From Rhodoferax sp. (GTDB lineage Bacteria; Pseudomonadota; Gammaproteobacteria; Burkholderiales; Burkholderiaceae_C): a stretch of DNA of 41,870 nt. This document shows positions 10,547 to 22,023 of this stretch, piece after piece. Within the stretch, counting starts at the first letter, position 1. Every line of letters starts with the position of its first letter. The position numbers and the translations under genes are program-made. The stretch covers positions 1 through 41,870 of the forward strand of contig JAIFMR010000203.1 of assembly GCA_020048255.1 (NCBI GenBank). The letters are read 5' to 3'. The notes beneath the pieces are model-generated. The model was given only the letters and a program-made list of their open reading frames with translations, searched no databases and was not told where the DNA came from.

Positions 10547-11589
10547 CTAGGGCGAAACGCGGTGGCGTGAGGGAACCATTTTTGCAGATGCACTGGGCGC
10601 GGCACACGCATGACACAGCCCCAGCGCCAACCGGTGCAAAGCTTGCCACGCATCTGCGGGCCATTCGGGTATTTTCAAGCCCTTGACGATGCCATCCACT
10701 TGGTGCGCACTGTGCAGCAAGTTCACCAGCGTGGCCTCCGTCAAGCGCGGCAAGATGCGTTCAAACAAGCGCTCTTTCACGCCCCAGACACGCTGATCAC
10801 GCAGGGCCATGGGCAATGGCTTGCCTTGGCGCATGGCATCCTTGACCCGCTTGAGGGCACGAATATCCTCGCTTAACGTGTAGTGCACCAACACTTCTGC
10901 CTCGCCCTCCGCCTGCAAGCCATCGAGCATGCGCTGCACCCGCATCGCCTGGCCGGCCAATACCGCCTCACTGAGCTTGAACACGTCATAACGCGCCACA
11001 TTGAGCACCGCGCTTTCGATCTGCTCAAAACTGAGCTCACCCGCCGGGTGCAACAAAGACAATTTCTGGATTTCCTGGTGTGCCGCCAGCAAGTTGCCCT
11101 CCACCCGGTCAGCGAAAAACTGCAAGGTGCGCTGCCCCTCTTCACCGGCACTCACCCGTTGGCCCTGAGCTGCCAGGCGCTGAGCAATCCATTGCGGCAA
11201 GGCCGCGCGCTCGATCGTTTGGTCAACTTGTCCAGACGAGGCAGGATCACCAGCGTCAAGGTTGCATCATTGCCCTGTGCTTGGCTCGCCATCTGCTGCA
11301 AGGCCGCGCTGCCCTCTTTGCCTGGTTTGCCACTGGGAATGCGCAGTTCGACCATTTGCTTGTCAGCAAACAAGCTCAGGGAACCACACGCAGCCAGCAC
11401 CTCGCTCCAGTCAAAATGGGCACCCGAGACAGTGTGCGAGGTCCGTTCGCTGAATCCCTGTGCGCGTGCCACCGCCCGAATGGCATCCAGGGCCTCTTGA
11501 ATCAACAGCGGCTCGTCTCCATGCAGGGTGTACAGGCTTTTCAAGCCCTTGTTCAGATGAGCCGATAACTGGGCAGGGTTGACTTGCAT
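10547..11589 (-). pseudogene. holA: DNA polymerase III delta subunit, frameshifted in this sequence by an apparent internal deletion at ~11217/11218
   Basis: 5' frame MQVNPAQL...LYTLHGDEPLL...SLSLFAD...LPRLDKLTK. After 2 stray nt (CG) a second frame reads IERAALPQWI...VEGNLLAAHQEIQKL...ARYDVFKL. The usual intervening ~20 residues are absent. May be an assembly error. Confidence 0.88.
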
Positions 11590-11868
11590 AACGCTCGAGT
11601 GTAGTGATCTTGTACCCACCGAAGTAGGACCAACCAAGGGGACAACCACCCCGTCTCGCCCAGATTTTTTGAGTTAAGTCGAACTTTTTTAGTCAAAAAT
11701 TGATGTTCCTTTGATGTAACCGTCAGCTTATCAGTGGACTCGGTTCTTAAAATTCCGCCATGGGCTGTTGATCTGCGGGTGTAAGCGGCAGTCAACCCAG
11801 CTCTTCAAGGTTGCCGCTGATTCATCATCAGCCAAAATTTTTAATTTCAACTTAAGGACCTACCTGCC

Positions 11869-13719
11869 ATGTCAAGCCCCAACTCCAATGCCCCAAGTTA
11901 TGTCAAAAACGCCAAGCTGATCGCCTGGGTGGCCAACATGGCAGCACTGACCAAGCCCGATTCCATTTACTGGTGTGATGGCTCTGACGAAGAATACGCG
12001 CGCTTGTGCCAGCTACTGGTTGATGCCGGCACCTTCAAAAAGCTCAACGAAGCAAAGCGCCCCAACAGTTTCCTGGCCTGCTCTGACCCTAGCGACGTGG
12101 CGCGCGTTGAAGATCGCACCTTTATTTGCTCCGAGAAGAAGGAAAACGCCGGCCCCACCAACAACTGGATGGCCCCTGCAGAAATGCGCGCCACCCTGAA
12201 TCCGCTGTTTGACGGGTGCATGAAAGGCCGCACCATGTATGTGGTGCCGTTTTCCATGGGACCGCTGGGCTCGCACATTGCCCACATTGGCATTGAGCTG
12301 ACCGACAGCGCCTACGTGGCCGTCAACCAGAAAATCATGACCCGCATGGGCAAGAAGGTGTACGACGTGCTGGGCACCGACGGCGAGTTCGTCCCCTGCA
12401 TGCATACTGTGGGCGCCCCCTTGGAAGCGGGCCAGGCTGACGTCAAGTGGCCTTGCAACAAAAACAAATACATCGTTCACTTCCCGGAAGCCCGTGAAAT
12501 CTGGAGCTTTGGCTCCGGTTACGGCGGCAACGCCTTGCTGGGCAAGAAGTGTTTTGCACTGCGGATTGCCTCCAACATGGCTCGTGACGAAGGTTGGCTG
12601 GCGGAGCACATGATGATTTTGGGCGTGACCAATCCACAAGGCAAAAAATACCATGTGGCAGCGGCCTTCCCCAGCGCCTGTGGCAAGACCAACTTCGCCA
12701 TGCTGGTGCCACCGGCTGGCTTTGACGGCTGGAAAGTGACCACCGTCGGTGACGACATTGCCTGGATCAAACCAGCTGCCGATGGCAAGATGTACGCCAT
12801 CAACCCCGAAGCCGGTTATTTTGGCGTAGCCCCCGGCACCAACTTTCACACCAACCCGAACTGCATGGCCAGCCTGCACAAGGACGTGATCTATACCAAT
12901 GTTGGCCTGACCGACGATGGTGATGTCTGGTGGGAAGGCATGGAGCAAGACGGTGGTGGTATTCCGGCACACCTGATTGACTGGCAGGGCAACGACTGGA
13001 CACCCGAGATTGCCAAGGCCACTGGTGCCAAGGCAGCACACCCCAATTCACGCTTTACCGTGGCAGCCACCAACAACCCGGCGCTTGACCCCGAGTGGGA
13101 CAACCCGGCTGGCGTGCCGATTGACGCATTCATGTTTGGCGGGCGCCGCTCCACCACCGTGCCGTTGGTGACAGAGGCCCGCTCGTGGATGGAAGGGGTC
13201 TATATGGCCGCCACCATGGGCTCAGAGACCACCGCTGCGGCTGTCGGCCAAATGGGCGTGGTGCGCCGGGATCCGTTTGCCATGCTGCCCTTCTGCGGTT
13301 ACAACATGAGCGACTATTTCCAGCATTGGCTGGATATGGAGAAAAAGCTCGAAGCCGCTGGCCACACCCTGCCCAATATCTACTGTGTCAACTGGTTCCG
13401 CAAGGATGCCAACGGCAAGTTCGTCTGGCCCGGTTATGGCGAAAACATGCGCGTGCTGAAGTGGATCATTGACCGCGTTGAAGGTAAGGCAGCCGGCCAC
13501 AGCAACCTGTTTGGCATCAGCCCCAACTACGACGAGTTGACCTGGACTGGCCTGGACTTCAGCCGGGATCAATTCAACATCGTGACCAGCATTGACAAAG
13601 CCGCCTGGACCGAAGAACTCAAGTTGCACACCGACTTGTTCCAGCAATTGGCGCACCATCTGCCAGCACAGCTGCAAGCCACCAAGGCCAGCCTCGAAGC
13701 ACAGTTGGCATCCGCCTGA
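11869..13719 (+). CDS. pckG: phosphoenolpyruvate carboxykinase (GTP)
   Basis: [65 protein letters not shown]. Confidence 0.97.
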   Translation: MSSPNSNAPSYVKNAKLIAWVANMAALTKPDSIYWCDGSDEEYARLCQLLVDAGTFKKLNEAKRPNSFLACSDPSDVARVEDRTFICSEKKENAGPTNNWMAPAEMRATLNPLFDGCMKGRTMYVVPFSMGPLGSHIAHIGIELTDSAYVAVNQKIMTRMGKKVYDVLGTDGEFVPCMHTVGAPLEAGQADVKWPCNKNKYIVHFPEAREIWSFGSGYGGNALLGKKCFALRIASNMARDEGWLAEHMMILGVTNPQGKKYHVAAAFPSACGKTNFAMLVPPAGFDGWKVTTVGDDIAWIKPAADGKMYAINPEAGYFGVAPGTNFHTNPNCMASLHKDVIYTNVGLTDDGDVWWEGMEQDGGGIPAHLIDWQGNDWTPEIAKATGAKAAHPNSRFTVAATNNPALDPEWDNPAGVPIDAFMFGGRRSTTVPLVTEARSWMEGVYMAATMGSETTAAAVGQMGVVRRDPFAMLPFCGYNMSDYFQHWLDMEKKLEAAGHTLPNIYCVNWFRKDANGKFVWPGYGENMRVLKWIIDRVEGKAAGHSNLFGISPNYDELTWTGLDFSRDQFNIVTSIDKAAWTEELKLHTDLFQQLAHHLPAQLQATKASLEAQLASA

Positions 13720-13739
13720 GTTTTGCGCTCAACCCAGCA

Positions 13740-13771
13740 CCAAGCCCATCCGCCGATGCGGGTGGGCTTGG
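13740..13771. terminator. GC-rich hairpin between convergent pckG and lptE
   Basis: CCAAGCCCATCCGC-CGAT-GCGGGTGGGCTTGG: 14-bp stem with one G.T pair; weak U tail. Confidence 0.65.
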
Positions 13772-13799
13772 CGTTCAATTCTGTCGCGTGTGATGCCGC

Positions 13800-14309
13800 T
13801 TAGGAAAGCTGCTTGACGACCGCCAGGCGGCGCAGGATTTGCTGGACAATGTCAGTTTGCATGTCACGGTAAAGCAAGTCTTCCTCAACCTCTTTGGCCA
13901 GCGCAGCTGACTCGTTGTAGCTGATATCGCGTTGCTGAAGAATCCTGTCCTGGGCAATGAGTTCTTTGCCCTGAGCCGAGGTCAAGCTGAAGGTGACGCG
14001 CAAACGCAGTTGAAACTCGCGGACCTGGCCGGACGCGTTGACGCCCACCACCACTTTTTCACGCTGCTCGTCGTGTATTTGCAGCACCACGTCGGCCTGA
14101 GAAACCGGCTTGTCAGCGCCGAGCACTTGCACCACACCCCCAAACGAGCGCCGCAACTCTTGCGCCACGCCGCCGCCCGGGTGGGGCAGCACAGCCACAC
14201 TGGAAAACACAAAACTCTGGTTGCCACGCAACTTGAAACCACAGCCTGTCAAGAGACCGGCCAACAGCCCCGCCACACTCACACGACGCCGAGAAATTCG
14301 GGTTGTCAT
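13800..14309 (-). CDS. lptE: LPS assembly lipoprotein LptE
   Basis: Lipobox LLTG-C then GFKLRG; GQVREFQL; EEDLLYRDMQTDIVQQILRRL; directly downstream of leuS. Confidence 0.92.
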   Translation of the reverse strand: MTTRISRRRVSVAGLLAGLLTGCGFKLRGNQSFVFSSVAVLPHPGGGVAQELRRSFGGVVQVLGADKPVSQADVVLQIHDEQREKVVVGVNASGQVREFQLRLRVTFSLTSAQGKELIAQDRILQQRDISYNESAALAKEVEEDLLYRDMQTDIVQQILRRLAVVKQLS

Positions 14310-14317
14310 GGTCGCCC

Positions 14318-17092
14318 TTACACCACCAAGTTGACCAAGCGACCTGGCACCACAATCACCTTTTTGGGCGCGGCACCGTGGGCCAGTTTCTGGAACACCT
14401 CGTTGGCGATGGCCGCCTGTTCAATCGCCGCCTTGTCCGCGCTGGCACTCACCACAATCGAGCCACGCAGCTTGCCATTGACCTGCAACATGAGCTCGAC
14501 CTCGTCTTTCACCAAGGCATCAGGATCCACCTGGGGCCAGGGCGCATCGAGCAAATCCCCCAAAGCATGGGCGTAGCCCAACTGCGACCACAAGGCATGA
14601 CTGATGTGCGGCGTCGCCGGGTACAGGCAGCGCAGCAAGACGCCAAAACCTTCAATCAAAGCCACTTGGGCCCCTGCGCAGTCCAGTGCCTTGAAGTCTT
14701 CCAGGGCATTGATCATCTTCATGGCGCCACTGACCACGGTGTTGTATTGCATGCGCTGGTAGTCGTAGTCAACCTGCTTGAGCACCGTGTGAATTTCCAG
14801 CCGGAGGGCCTTGGCTTGCCCATCAAACTCTATATCTTTGAGGCCTGTAGCCCTTGTGATAGTTGCGTTAGCAGCTTCGAAATTCATAGTGGATAATTTG
14901 ACGCCAAAGTTCCAGACGCGACGCAGAAAACGGTAGCTGCCTTCCACTGCCGCATCGTTCCACTCCAGCGTGGCCTCAGGCGGCGCCGTGAACATGGTGT
15001 ACAGGCGGGCCGTGTCAGCACCGTATTTTTCAATGAGATCCTGCGGATCCACACCATTGTTTTTTGACTTGGACATGGTACCCACGCCCTCGTAGTCAAT
15101 GGGCGTGCCGACCGGCAAATCACCCACAGCGTTGACCAGGCGTGCACCAGTGACTTTGCCAGCGTCATCAAAGACGTGTTCCACATTGCTGGGCCAGAAG
15201 TAATCCTTGCCACCCTTGTCGGTGCGGCGGGAGTAAATGTGGTTGAGCACCATGCCTTGCGTGAGCAGTTTGGTGAAGGGTTCATCGACCTTGACCAACC
15301 CCAAATCGCGCATCACCTTGGTCCAGAAACGCGCGTACAGCAGGTGCAGGATGGCATGTTCGATACCGCCAATGTACTGGTCCATCGGCATCCAGTAGTC
15401 AGCCCCCTGCGCCACCATCTTGTCGGCGTTGGTCGGGTCGCAGTAGCGCATGAAATACCACGAGCTGTCGACAAAGGTGTCCATGGTGTCGGTTTCGCGC
15501 CGCGCGGGCTTGCCGCAGACGGGGCAGGTGACACCGGCGTGGAATGCTTCGCACTTGTTGAGCGGGTTACCCGAGCCGTCCGGCACCAGATCAACCGGCA
15601 GCACCACCGGCAGGTCTTTTTCAGGCACCGGCACCGCGCCGTGTTCGTCGCAGTGGATGATCGGAATCGGTGTGCCCCAGTAACGCTGGCGGCTCACACC
15701 CCAGTCACGCAGACGCCAGGTAACTTTTTTCTCACCCAGACCCAGGGCGGCCAGATCCGCTGCCACGGCGGCGACACAGTCCTTAAACACCAAACCGTCG
15801 AATTTGCCCGAGTTGATGGCCACACCAGCGCCTTTTTCGGCGTACCAGTCCTCCCAGACCGACGTATCGAAATCCCGATAGGCCGGGGCAGCCGGTGCGC
15901 CGAGTGACGATGTTGAGCTTGCGTCTGAGGAGCCCGGCGTACTGGATGCCCCGGCCGAAACAGCCACCACCGGTTTGATCGGCAATTGGTACTTCAGGGC
16001 AAATTCAAAGTCGCGCTCGTCATGCGCCGGAACACCCATCACTGCGCCATCGCCGTAACTCATCAGCACGTAGTTGCCCACCCAGACTTCCACCTGCTCA
16101 CCCGTCAGCGGATGCGTGACAAACAACCCTGTGGGCATGCCTTCCTTTTCCTTTACCGCCATTTCGGCTTCGGTGGTACCACCCTTCTGGCACTCCTCAA
16201 TGAACGCAGCCAATTTCGGGTTGCTGGTCGCGGCATGCACCGCCAAGGGATGCTCTGGTGCTACCGCGCAAAAGGTCACACCCATGATGGTGTCGGGCCG
16301 GGTGGTGAATACATACATAAGCCCCTCACCGATCAGTTTGCCTGACGCATCGGCAGTGTTGTGCGGGAACGCAAACCGCACCCCCTCGCTCTTGCCAATC
16401 CAGTTTTCCTGCATCAGCTTCACACGATCGGGCCAGCCCGGCATCCTGTCGCCAGTGACGTTGGCCAAAAGCTCCTCAGCGTACTGGGTGATCGCTAAGT
16501 AGTACCCGGGAATTTCACGCTTCTCCACCACAGCGCCGGTACGCCAGCCCTTGCCGTCAATGACTTGCTCGTTGGCCAGCACCGTCATGTCCACCGGGTC
16601 CCAGTTCACCACCTGGGTCTTGCGGTAGGCAATGCCTTTTTCGAGCATCTTCAAAAACAGCCACTGGTTCCACTTGTAGTACTCAGGGGTGCAGGTAGCC
16701 ACCTCGCGGCTCCAGTCAATGGCTAAGCCCATGGCCTGCATCTGCTGCTTCATGTAAGCGATGTTCTCGAAGGTCCACTTGGCGGGTGGCACGCCGTTTT
16801 TGAGTGCCGCGTTTTCGGCGGGCAGGCCAAAGGCGTCCCAGCCCATCGGCATCAATACGTTGTAACCTTGCATGCGCAACTGGCGCGCCAGCATGTCGTT
16901 GATGGTGTAGTTGCGCACATGACCCATGTGCAACTTACCGCTGGGGTAGGGCAGCATGGAGCAGGCGTAAAACTTCTTTTTCGGTTGGCCATTGACGTCC
17001 CGGGCATTTTCAGTCACACGGTAGGCGTCAGTCGCCTGCCAATGCGCCTGCGCAGCGGGTTCAACGTCAAGGTGGTTGTATTTTTCTTGCAT
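14318..17092 (-). CDS. leuS: leucine--tRNA ligase
   Basis: ATG 17092 (MQEKYN). [13 protein letters not shown] (HIGH motif), FTTRPDT and [13 protein letters not shown] (CP1 editing domain), [16 protein letters not shown]. Confidence 0.98.
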   Translation of the reverse strand: MQEKYNHLDVEPAAQAHWQATDAYRVTENARDVNGQPKKKFYACSMLPYPSGKLHMGHVRNYTINDMLARQLRMQGYNVLMPMGWDAFGLPAENAALKNGVPPAKWTFENIAYMKQQMQAMGLAIDWSREVATCTPEYYKWNQWLFLKMLEKGIAYRKTQVVNWDPVDMTVLANEQVIDGKGWRTGAVVEKREIPGYYLAITQYAEELLANVTGDRMPGWPDRVKLMQENWIGKSEGVRFAFPHNTADASGKLIGEGLMYVFTTRPDTIMGVTFCAVAPEHPLAVHAATSNPKLAAFIEECQKGGTTEAEMAVKEKEGMPTGLFVTHPLTGEQVEVWVGNYVLMSYGDGAVMGVPAHDERDFEFALKYQLPIKPVVAVSAGASSTPGSSDASSTSSLGAPAAPAYRDFDTSVWEDWYAEKGAGVAINSGKFDGLVFKDCVAAVAADLAALGLGEKKVTWRLRDWGVSRQRYWGTPIPIIHCDEHGAVPVPEKDLPVVLPVDLVPDGSGNPLNKCEAFHAGVTCPVCGKPARRETDTMDTFVDSSWYFMRYCDPTNADKMVAQGADYWMPMDQYIGGIEHAILHLLYARFWTKVMRDLGLVKVDEPFTKLLTQGMVLNHIYSRRTDKGGKDYFWPSNVEHVFDDAGKVTGARLVNAVGDLPVGTPIDYEGVGTMSKSKNNGVDPQDLIEKYGADTARLYTMFTAPPEATLEWNDAAVEGSYRFLRRVWNFGVKLSTMNFEAANATITRATGLKDIEFDGQAKALRLEIHTVLKQVDYDYQRMQYNTVVSGAMKMINALEDFKALDCAGAQVALIEGFGVLLRCLYPATPHISHALWSQLGYAHALGDLLDAPWPQVDPDALVKDEVELMLQVNGKLRGSIVVSASADKAAIEQAAIANEVFQKLAHGAAPKKVIVVPGRLVNLVV
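14830..14890 (-). repeat. dispersed ~60-bp motif, copy inside leuS (sense)
   Basis: ACTATGAATTTCGAAGC|TGCTAACGC|AACTATCACAAGGGC|TACAGGCC|TCAAAGATATAG; an AT-rich patch encoding [20 protein letters not shown]. Confidence 0.7.
15881..15956. repeat. 76-bp palindromic (REP/MITE-like) element in frame within the leuS editing domain
   Basis: Perfect terminal IR GGCCGGGGCA / TGCCCCGGCC. The stem extends to 22 positions (19 Watson-Crick, 2 G.T, 1 mismatch). Encodes the Ser-rich [25 protein letters not shown]. Confidence 0.7.
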
Positions 17093-17199
17093 GGCGATCC
17101 ATCGGGGCGGCCCGTGAGCCGCATGAGTGTGAAATGACTGAATGTGAATTTGACCTGCACGCCGCACACATTGGCATGCCTCAAACACAGGGCGCAATT

Positions 17200-17605
17200 T
17201 TAGGGTTTACTCGGCGCTGTTTCGCTGATGAGGCTGGTGGCTGGGGTGGATTGTTCTGACGATAAGTTGTCGGCCACAAACCCGATGCGGACGCAGTTGA
17301 ACCTCGGTTTCAGCGTTTCCTTGTTTGGACTGCGCCAGGTGACGGCTCAACTCCTCCAAGGTCACCGGTCTATCCTTGACAAAAGTCTGTCCAGAGGCAT
17401 CCATGACAACCGTGACAGACTGGGGAGCCTCAGTCACCTGTGCGGCACCGGTCTGCGGCAAATCGAGCTTGATGGAACTAGCCCAAAGTGGCGCCGTGAT
17501 GATGAAAATCACCAGCAGTACCAACATCACATCAATCAGCGGCGTCATGTTGATGTCGCTCATGGGCTGCGAACCTGACGTGCGATCCAGTCGGCCAAAG
17601 GACAT
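17200..17605 (-). pseudogene. exbD: ExbD/TolR biopolymer transport protein, frameshifted by an apparent internal deletion at ~17290/17291
   Basis: SDINMTPLIDVMLVLLVIFIITAP...ETEVQLR, one stray C, then RIGFVADN... in another frame ending at TAA 17200-17202. The conserved AD..v.Y..V..vM segment is missing. Confidence 0.82.
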
Positions 17606-17618
17606 GGTGGGCTTTTCT

Positions 17619-18272
17619 TTAGGCGCTGGCCGGGGTGCTTTGACTCATCAGCTCACGCAGATCTCGTGCAAAGCCTTCCAGTTCAGCTTCAATGCTGGCC
17701 ACCACGCGACCCATGACGTTGTAAGCCAGGACAGCCGGGATGGCCACCATCAGGCCCGCTGCAGTCATGATGAGCGATTCACCCACCGGGCCGGAAATTT
17801 TGTCAATCGTCACCTGTCCTGTGGATGCCATGCCCATCAGCGCGTGATAGATGCCCCACACCGTTCCGAGCAAGCCCACAAACGGTGCCGTTGCCCCCAC
17901 GGTGGCCAACAACACCTGGCCATGTTGCAACTTGGCCAGCGCGCCATGCAAAGCATTACGCAACACACGCGTGAGCTGCTGCGCCCGACCACCCGCATGG
18001 GCCAGACTCTGATTTGCTTCAATTTGAGTCGCATTCACCAAAGGCAGGACGAGGGCTTCCCGGTCAAAAGCTTTGATCTTGTGGATGGCTTCATTCAGGT
18101 CGGTAGACTGCCAGAAGGCAGCAATGCTGCGTGCCACATCCTGACTGGCTCGGCGCAACAGCCAGGATTTCCACAAAATCACCACCCAACTTCCGACCGA
18201 CATGGCCAGCAGCAGCAAGGCCACACCCCTCGCTAGCGCGTCACCTTGCCAGAAGAACTGGGCTATGTTCAT
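17619..18272 (-). CDS. exbB: MotA/TolQ/ExbB proton channel protein
   Basis: [45 protein letters not shown]; adjacent to exbD. Confidence 0.88.
   Translation of the reverse strand: MNIAQFFWQGDALARGVALLLLAMSVGSWVVILWKSWLLRRASQDVARSIAAFWQSTDLNEAIHKIKAFDREALVLPLVNATQIEANQSLAHAGGRAQQLTRVLRNALHGALAKLQHGQVLLATVGATAPFVGLLGTVWGIYHALMGMASTGQVTIDKISGPVGESLIMTAAGLMVAIPAVLAYNVMGRVVASIEAELEGFARDLRELMSQSTPASA
18016..18076 (+). repeat. dispersed ~60-bp motif, degenerate copy inside exbB (antisense)
   Basis: GCTTCAATTTGAGTCGC|ATTCACCAA|AGGCAGGACGAGGGC|TTCCCGGT|CAAAAGCTTTGA; shares GACGAGGGC with the uvrA copy at the same offset. Confidence 0.5.
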
Positions 18273-19069
18273 TTCAGATGAAGCACGTCAGCCATATCAA
18301 AAAGTCCTGTCTTGCGCCCCTGCAAAAAGCGCGCAGCGCGCAGGCTGCCTTGAGCGTAGCTGACGCGGCTGGAAGACTTGTGGCTGATTTCAATGCGTTC
18401 ACCGGTTCCAGCAAACAGCACGGTGTGGTCACCCACGATGTCACCCCCACGAATGGTGGCAAACCCAATGCTGGAAGGATCGCGCTCACCCGTGACACCT
18501 TCCCGGGCGTACACCGCACAGTCTTTCAGGTCACGGCCCAGCGCGTTGGCGACGACTTCGCCCATTTTCAGCGCGGTTCCGGATGGCGCATCGACCTTGT
18601 GGCGGTGGTGCGCCTCGATGATCTCGATGTCGTAGCCATGGGACAGTGATTTGGCGGCCATCTCCAGCAGCTTCAAGGTCACGTTCACACCCACACTCAT
18701 ATTCGGCGCCATCACGATGGCGATGTCCTGGGCTGCCGCCGCAATCACCGATTTTTGTTCGTCAGAGAAGCCTGTGGTGCCAATCACCAGATTGACCCCC
18801 CGTTCACGGCACACCTTCAGATGCGCCAAGGTGCCCTCAGGCCGGGTGAAATCGATCAAAACATCCGAGTTGCTGATGCCGACCTGCAGGTCTGAAGTCA
18901 TGACGACGCCACTACTCAAGCCCAAAAAGACGCTGGGGTCGGTACCCAAGGCCGGGCTGCCTGCGACATCCAACGCACCACTGAGTTGACAATCAGGCGC
19001 TTGGCACACCGCCTCGATGAGCATGCGGCCCATCCGGCCACTGGCACCGGCGACACAAATACGTTGCAT
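18269..19069 (-). CDS. dapB: 4-hydroxy-tetrahydrodipicolinate reductase
   Basis: [44 protein letters not shown]. Confidence 0.97.
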   Translation of the reverse strand: MQRICVAGASGRMGRMLIEAVCQAPDCQLSGALDVAGSPALGTDPSVFLGLSSGVVMTSDLQVGISNSDVLIDFTRPEGTLAHLKVCRERGVNLVIGTTGFSDEQKSVIAAAAQDIAIVMAPNMSVGVNVTLKLLEMAAKSLSHGYDIEIIEAHHRHKVDAPSGTALKMGEVVANALGRDLKDCAVYAREGVTGERDPSSIGFATIRGGDIVGDHTVLFAGTGERIEISHKSSSRVSYAQGSLRAARFLQGRKTGLFDMADVLHLK

Positions 19070-19084
19070 GATGGATTTACCCCG

Positions 19085-19627
19085 TTACAGCGCTGCTGCT
19101 TCCAGGGGGGGGTAGCTACTCGGCGTGGGCGGCAGGGCCTTGACCTCTGCGGGCATGACCGGTTTGGCCGTGGCCTTGAGACTCTCCTCAGACATCTCCA
19201 AGACCGGAACCCGGCCGATTTTCCGACCAGAATCCAGCGAGGCGACGAATTCGGCTTCGCTGGGCAAGTCATCGGCCTCAATGCGTGTCAACACATCGTC
19301 TTTGAAGAAAACAGTGACCCGGCGCGCCTGGGGAGTCACACCCTGACGTTTGAAGGTGAACACATAGTCCCAGCGATCTGCATGAAAAATGCTGGTCAGC
19401 AAGGGCGTGCCGAGGATGTTTTTGACCTGTCCTCGGCTCATGCCCGGCTTCACGGCAGCGGCCTGCTCGCGGGCAACAAAGTTGCCCTGCACAATGTCAA
19501 TTTTGTAAGGAGTCACCACATTGACCAGCCGGTTACTGGCGCTGTCAACCGTGCTGCAGGCAGACAGGGCAAGCAAGGTGCAGCCAATGGCACTCAGACA
19601 GACACGACGAACAAGGGAATCAGACAT
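19085..19627 (-). CDS. bamE: outer membrane protein assembly factor BamE (SmpA/OmlA)
   Basis: Lipobox LSA-C, YKIDIVQGN, GMSRGQVKNILGTP, FHADRWDY; divergent from fur. Confidence 0.93.
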   Translation of the reverse strand: MSDSLVRRVCLSAIGCTLLALSACSTVDSASNRLVNVVTPYKIDIVQGNFVAREQAAAVKPGMSRGQVKNILGTPLLTSIFHADRWDYVFTFKRQGVTPQARRVTVFFKDDVLTRIEADDLPSEAEFVASLDSGRKIGRVPVLEMSEESLKATAKPVMPAEVKALPPTPSSYPPLEAAAL

Positions 19628-19724
19628 GAATCGGGCCACAACGATATGATCATTGCATTGTACTGGCAGCGTTTCGACTCATGGCGCGAGCGACTGCGAG
19701 GAGACAGGCCAACGGGAAACTTGC

Positions 19725-20159
19725 ATGACCAAGATTGAAGAACTCAAAAGCACAGGCCTCAAGGCGACATTGCCACGGCTGAAAATTCTGGAAATCTTCC
19801 AAAACGGCACGCAGCGGCACATGACCGCCGAAGACGTGTTCAGGGTGTTGCTTGAAGAACGCTCCGATGTGGGCCTGGCCACGGTTTACCGGGTGTTGGC
19901 GCAATTTGAACAGGCTGATATTTTGACCCGCAGCCATTTCGAGAGCGACAAGGCCGTCTATGAACTCAATGAAGGGCAGCACCACGATCACTTGGTGTGC
20001 CTGGATTGTGGCCGTGTGGAAGAATTTTACGACGCCCAAATTGAGCAACGCCAGCAAGCGGTGGCCCGGGCCAAGGGGTTCAGGATTGCCGACCACGCCC
20101 TGAGCCTGTACGCGCATTGCACGCGCAACAGTTGCGAGCACCGAAGCAGCCCCACCTAA
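19725..20159 (+). CDS. fur: ferric uptake regulator
   Basis: [32 protein letters not shown]; ATG 19725. Confidence 0.96.
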   Translation: MTKIEELKSTGLKATLPRLKILEIFQNGTQRHMTAEDVFRVLLEERSDVGLATVYRVLAQFEQADILTRSHFESDKAVYELNEGQHHDHLVCLDCGRVEEFYDAQIEQRQQAVARAKGFRIADHALSLYAHCTRNSCEHRSSPT

Positions 20160-21106
20160 GGCGTTTCGTTCATCGCCTTGCGGTGACGCTCCACAAATTC
20201 CTTGTAGGTATCCACGCCGCGAATCTGCAAAATGGTGTTGCGCACCGCAGCTTCGACCAGCACAGCGATGTTTCGACCCGCAACCACCTGGATCACCACC
20301 TTGCGAACGGGGACATCCAGCACATCCTGGGTCAACGGCTCATAAGGAATCCGCTCGTAATCACGCTCCATGGTTTCGCGCCTCACCAGATGCACAATCA
20401 ACTGCAAGCGCTTTTTGCGACGCACCGCGGTTTCACCAAAAATGCAGCGAATGTCCAGCAGACCAATGCCCCGCACTTCCAGTAAATTCAGCAACAGTTC
20501 CGGGCAGCGGCCCTCGATGGTGTCCTGGTTGATGCGGTAAAGGTCGACGGCATCATCCGCCACCAAGCCGTTGCCGCGCGAGATCAACTCCAGACCCAGC
20601 TCGCTTTTACCCAGCCCGGACTCCCCCGTGATCAAAACGCCCAAGCCCAAAATATCCATGAATACGCCGTGCATGGTGCAACGGTCGGCAAAGTGCTTGG
20701 ATAAATAAGCCCGCAGAACGTCAATGACAAAAGCGGACGACCCCGTGGTGGAAAACATCGGGATCTGAGCGCGTTCACACATGGACATGAGCGCATCGGG
20801 CGCAACCTGTCCATCGGCCAAAATCAGAACCGGCGGCTCGAGAGTGACAATGCGCGAGATACGTCTGGAGCAGTCTTCGCTGGTGGCATTGGTGAGATAA
20901 GCCACCTCACGCTCACCCAAAATCTGGACCCGGTAAGGGTGAATGTAATTGAGGTAACCCACCAGGTCGGCGCCGGAACGGGCGGCACGCACCGCCAACT
21001 CATCAAAACGGCGCTCCGACGCGCCCAAGCCAGCAACCCATTCCCAGCGCAGCGTGCCACGAAACGCTTCAAACAGAACGTCGGCACTGATGACGGTAGG
21101 TTTCAC
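20156..21106 (-). CDS. hprK: HPr kinase/phosphorylase
   Basis: [14 protein letters not shown] (Walker A), [28 protein letters not shown]; GTG start. Confidence 0.96.
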   Translation of the reverse strand: MKPTVISADVLFEAFRGTLRWEWVAGLGASERRFDELAVRAARSGADLVGYLNYIHPYRVQILGEREVAYLTNATSEDCSRRISRIVTLEPPVLILADGQVAPDALMSMCERAQIPMFSTTGSSAFVIDVLRAYLSKHFADRCTMHGVFMDILGLGVLITGESGLGKSELGLELISRGNGLVADDAVDLYRINQDTIEGRCPELLLNLLEVRGIGLLDIRCIFGETAVRRKKRLQLIVHLVRRETMERDYERIPYEPLTQDVLDVPVRKVVIQVVAGRNIAVLVEAAVRNTILQIRGVDTYKEFVERHRKAMNETP

Positions 21107-21143
21107 AGGAACTCCAGCAGCGCAGGCTGCGGAAAAGAGAGGG

Positions 21144-21611
21144 TTAGGTCGACTGGATGGACTGCCAACCCGTGATCAAGGCATGCAGGTCAGTGGATGA
21201 GGTGCTGTTCGCCAGCTTGTCACGCAACGATGCGTCGCTTAGCATTTCTGCAATTTCAGACAGGATTTCGAGGTGTTTTTGCGTGGCAGCCTCAGGCACC
21301 AACAAGAAAATCATCAAGCCAACCGGCTGCTCATCAGGCGCCTCGAAACCAATCGGCCGCCCCAACTGGAACACGGCAGCCATTGGCGCCTTGAGACCCT
21401 TGATGCGACCATGAGGTATGGCCACGCCGTGCCCCAGACCTGTCGATCCCAAGCGTTCGCGTGAGAACAGGCTGTCGGTGACCAACGCACGACTCAAGCC
21501 ATGCAGATTTTCAAACAACAGGCCAGCCTCTTCAAAAGCTCTTTTTTTGCTTGAAATGTCCACTTGGACAAGCACATGCGCAACAGTGAGGATAGACGCG
21601 AGTCGGTTCAT
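21144..21611 (-). CDS. ptsN: PTS IIA-Ntr protein
   Basis: [19 protein letters not shown]; located between hpf and hprK. Confidence 0.94.
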   Translation of the reverse strand: MNRLASILTVAHVLVQVDISSKKRAFEEAGLLFENLHGLSRALVTDSLFSRERLGSTGLGHGVAIPHGRIKGLKAPMAAVFQLGRPIGFEAPDEQPVGLMIFLLVPEAATQKHLEILSEIAEMLSDASLRDKLANSTSSTDLHALITGWQSIQST

Positions 21612-21649
21612 GATTTGATGGCAATTATGCACCCGGAAAAATTGGGCAC

Positions 21650-21679
21650 AAAAAAAGCCGCACGCACCAGCGGGCGGCT
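21650..21679 (-). terminator. Rho-independent terminator after hpf
   Basis: Minus strand AGCCGCCCGC-loop-GCGTGCGGCT followed by a run of T, about 14 nt after the hpf stop. Confidence 0.75.
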
Positions 21680-21693
21680 GACTGGAGTTTAAG

Positions 21694-22023
21694 TTACATC
21701 AGGCGTTTGGCTGCATCGTGATGATGAGATTGCAAACGGTCTTTGTGACGAACGACCTGACGGTCCAGCTTGTCTACCAATTCGTCCACTGCCGCATACA
21801 AGTCCGAGTGGGCACTCTCGGCAAATAATTCAATGCCCTTGATGTGAATATTGCACTCTGCCTTTTGCCTGCGTTCCTTTTCCTTTTGATTTTCCAAGGT
21901 CAACAACACCTTGACATCCACGACCTGGTCGAAATGACGCTTGATCCGGTCCAATTTGGTCGTGACATACGACCGCAACGCTGGGGTAACTTCCAGGTGG
22001 TGACCACTGATCGTCAAATTCAT
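21694..22023 (-). CDS. hpf: ribosome hibernation promoting factor (HPF/RaiA)
   Basis: [34 protein letters not shown]; AGGAGG Shine-Dalgarno upstream of ATG 22023. Confidence 0.93.
   Translation of the reverse strand: MNLTISGHHLEVTPALRSYVTTKLDRIKRHFDQVVDVKVLLTLENQKEKERRQKAECNIHIKGIELFAESAHSDLYAAVDELVDKLDRQVVRHKDRLQSHHHDAAKRLM

Noticed and set aside
11200-11235. Programmed ribosomal frameshift as the explanation for split holA
   Set aside because: No slippery heptamer, and conserved residues are missing outright, which frameshifting cannot restore.
19640-19665. Possible Fur box between bamE and fur
   Set aside because: Weak match to GATAATGATAATCATTATC; better explained as back-to-back -10 elements (TATGAT on plus, TACAAT on minus).
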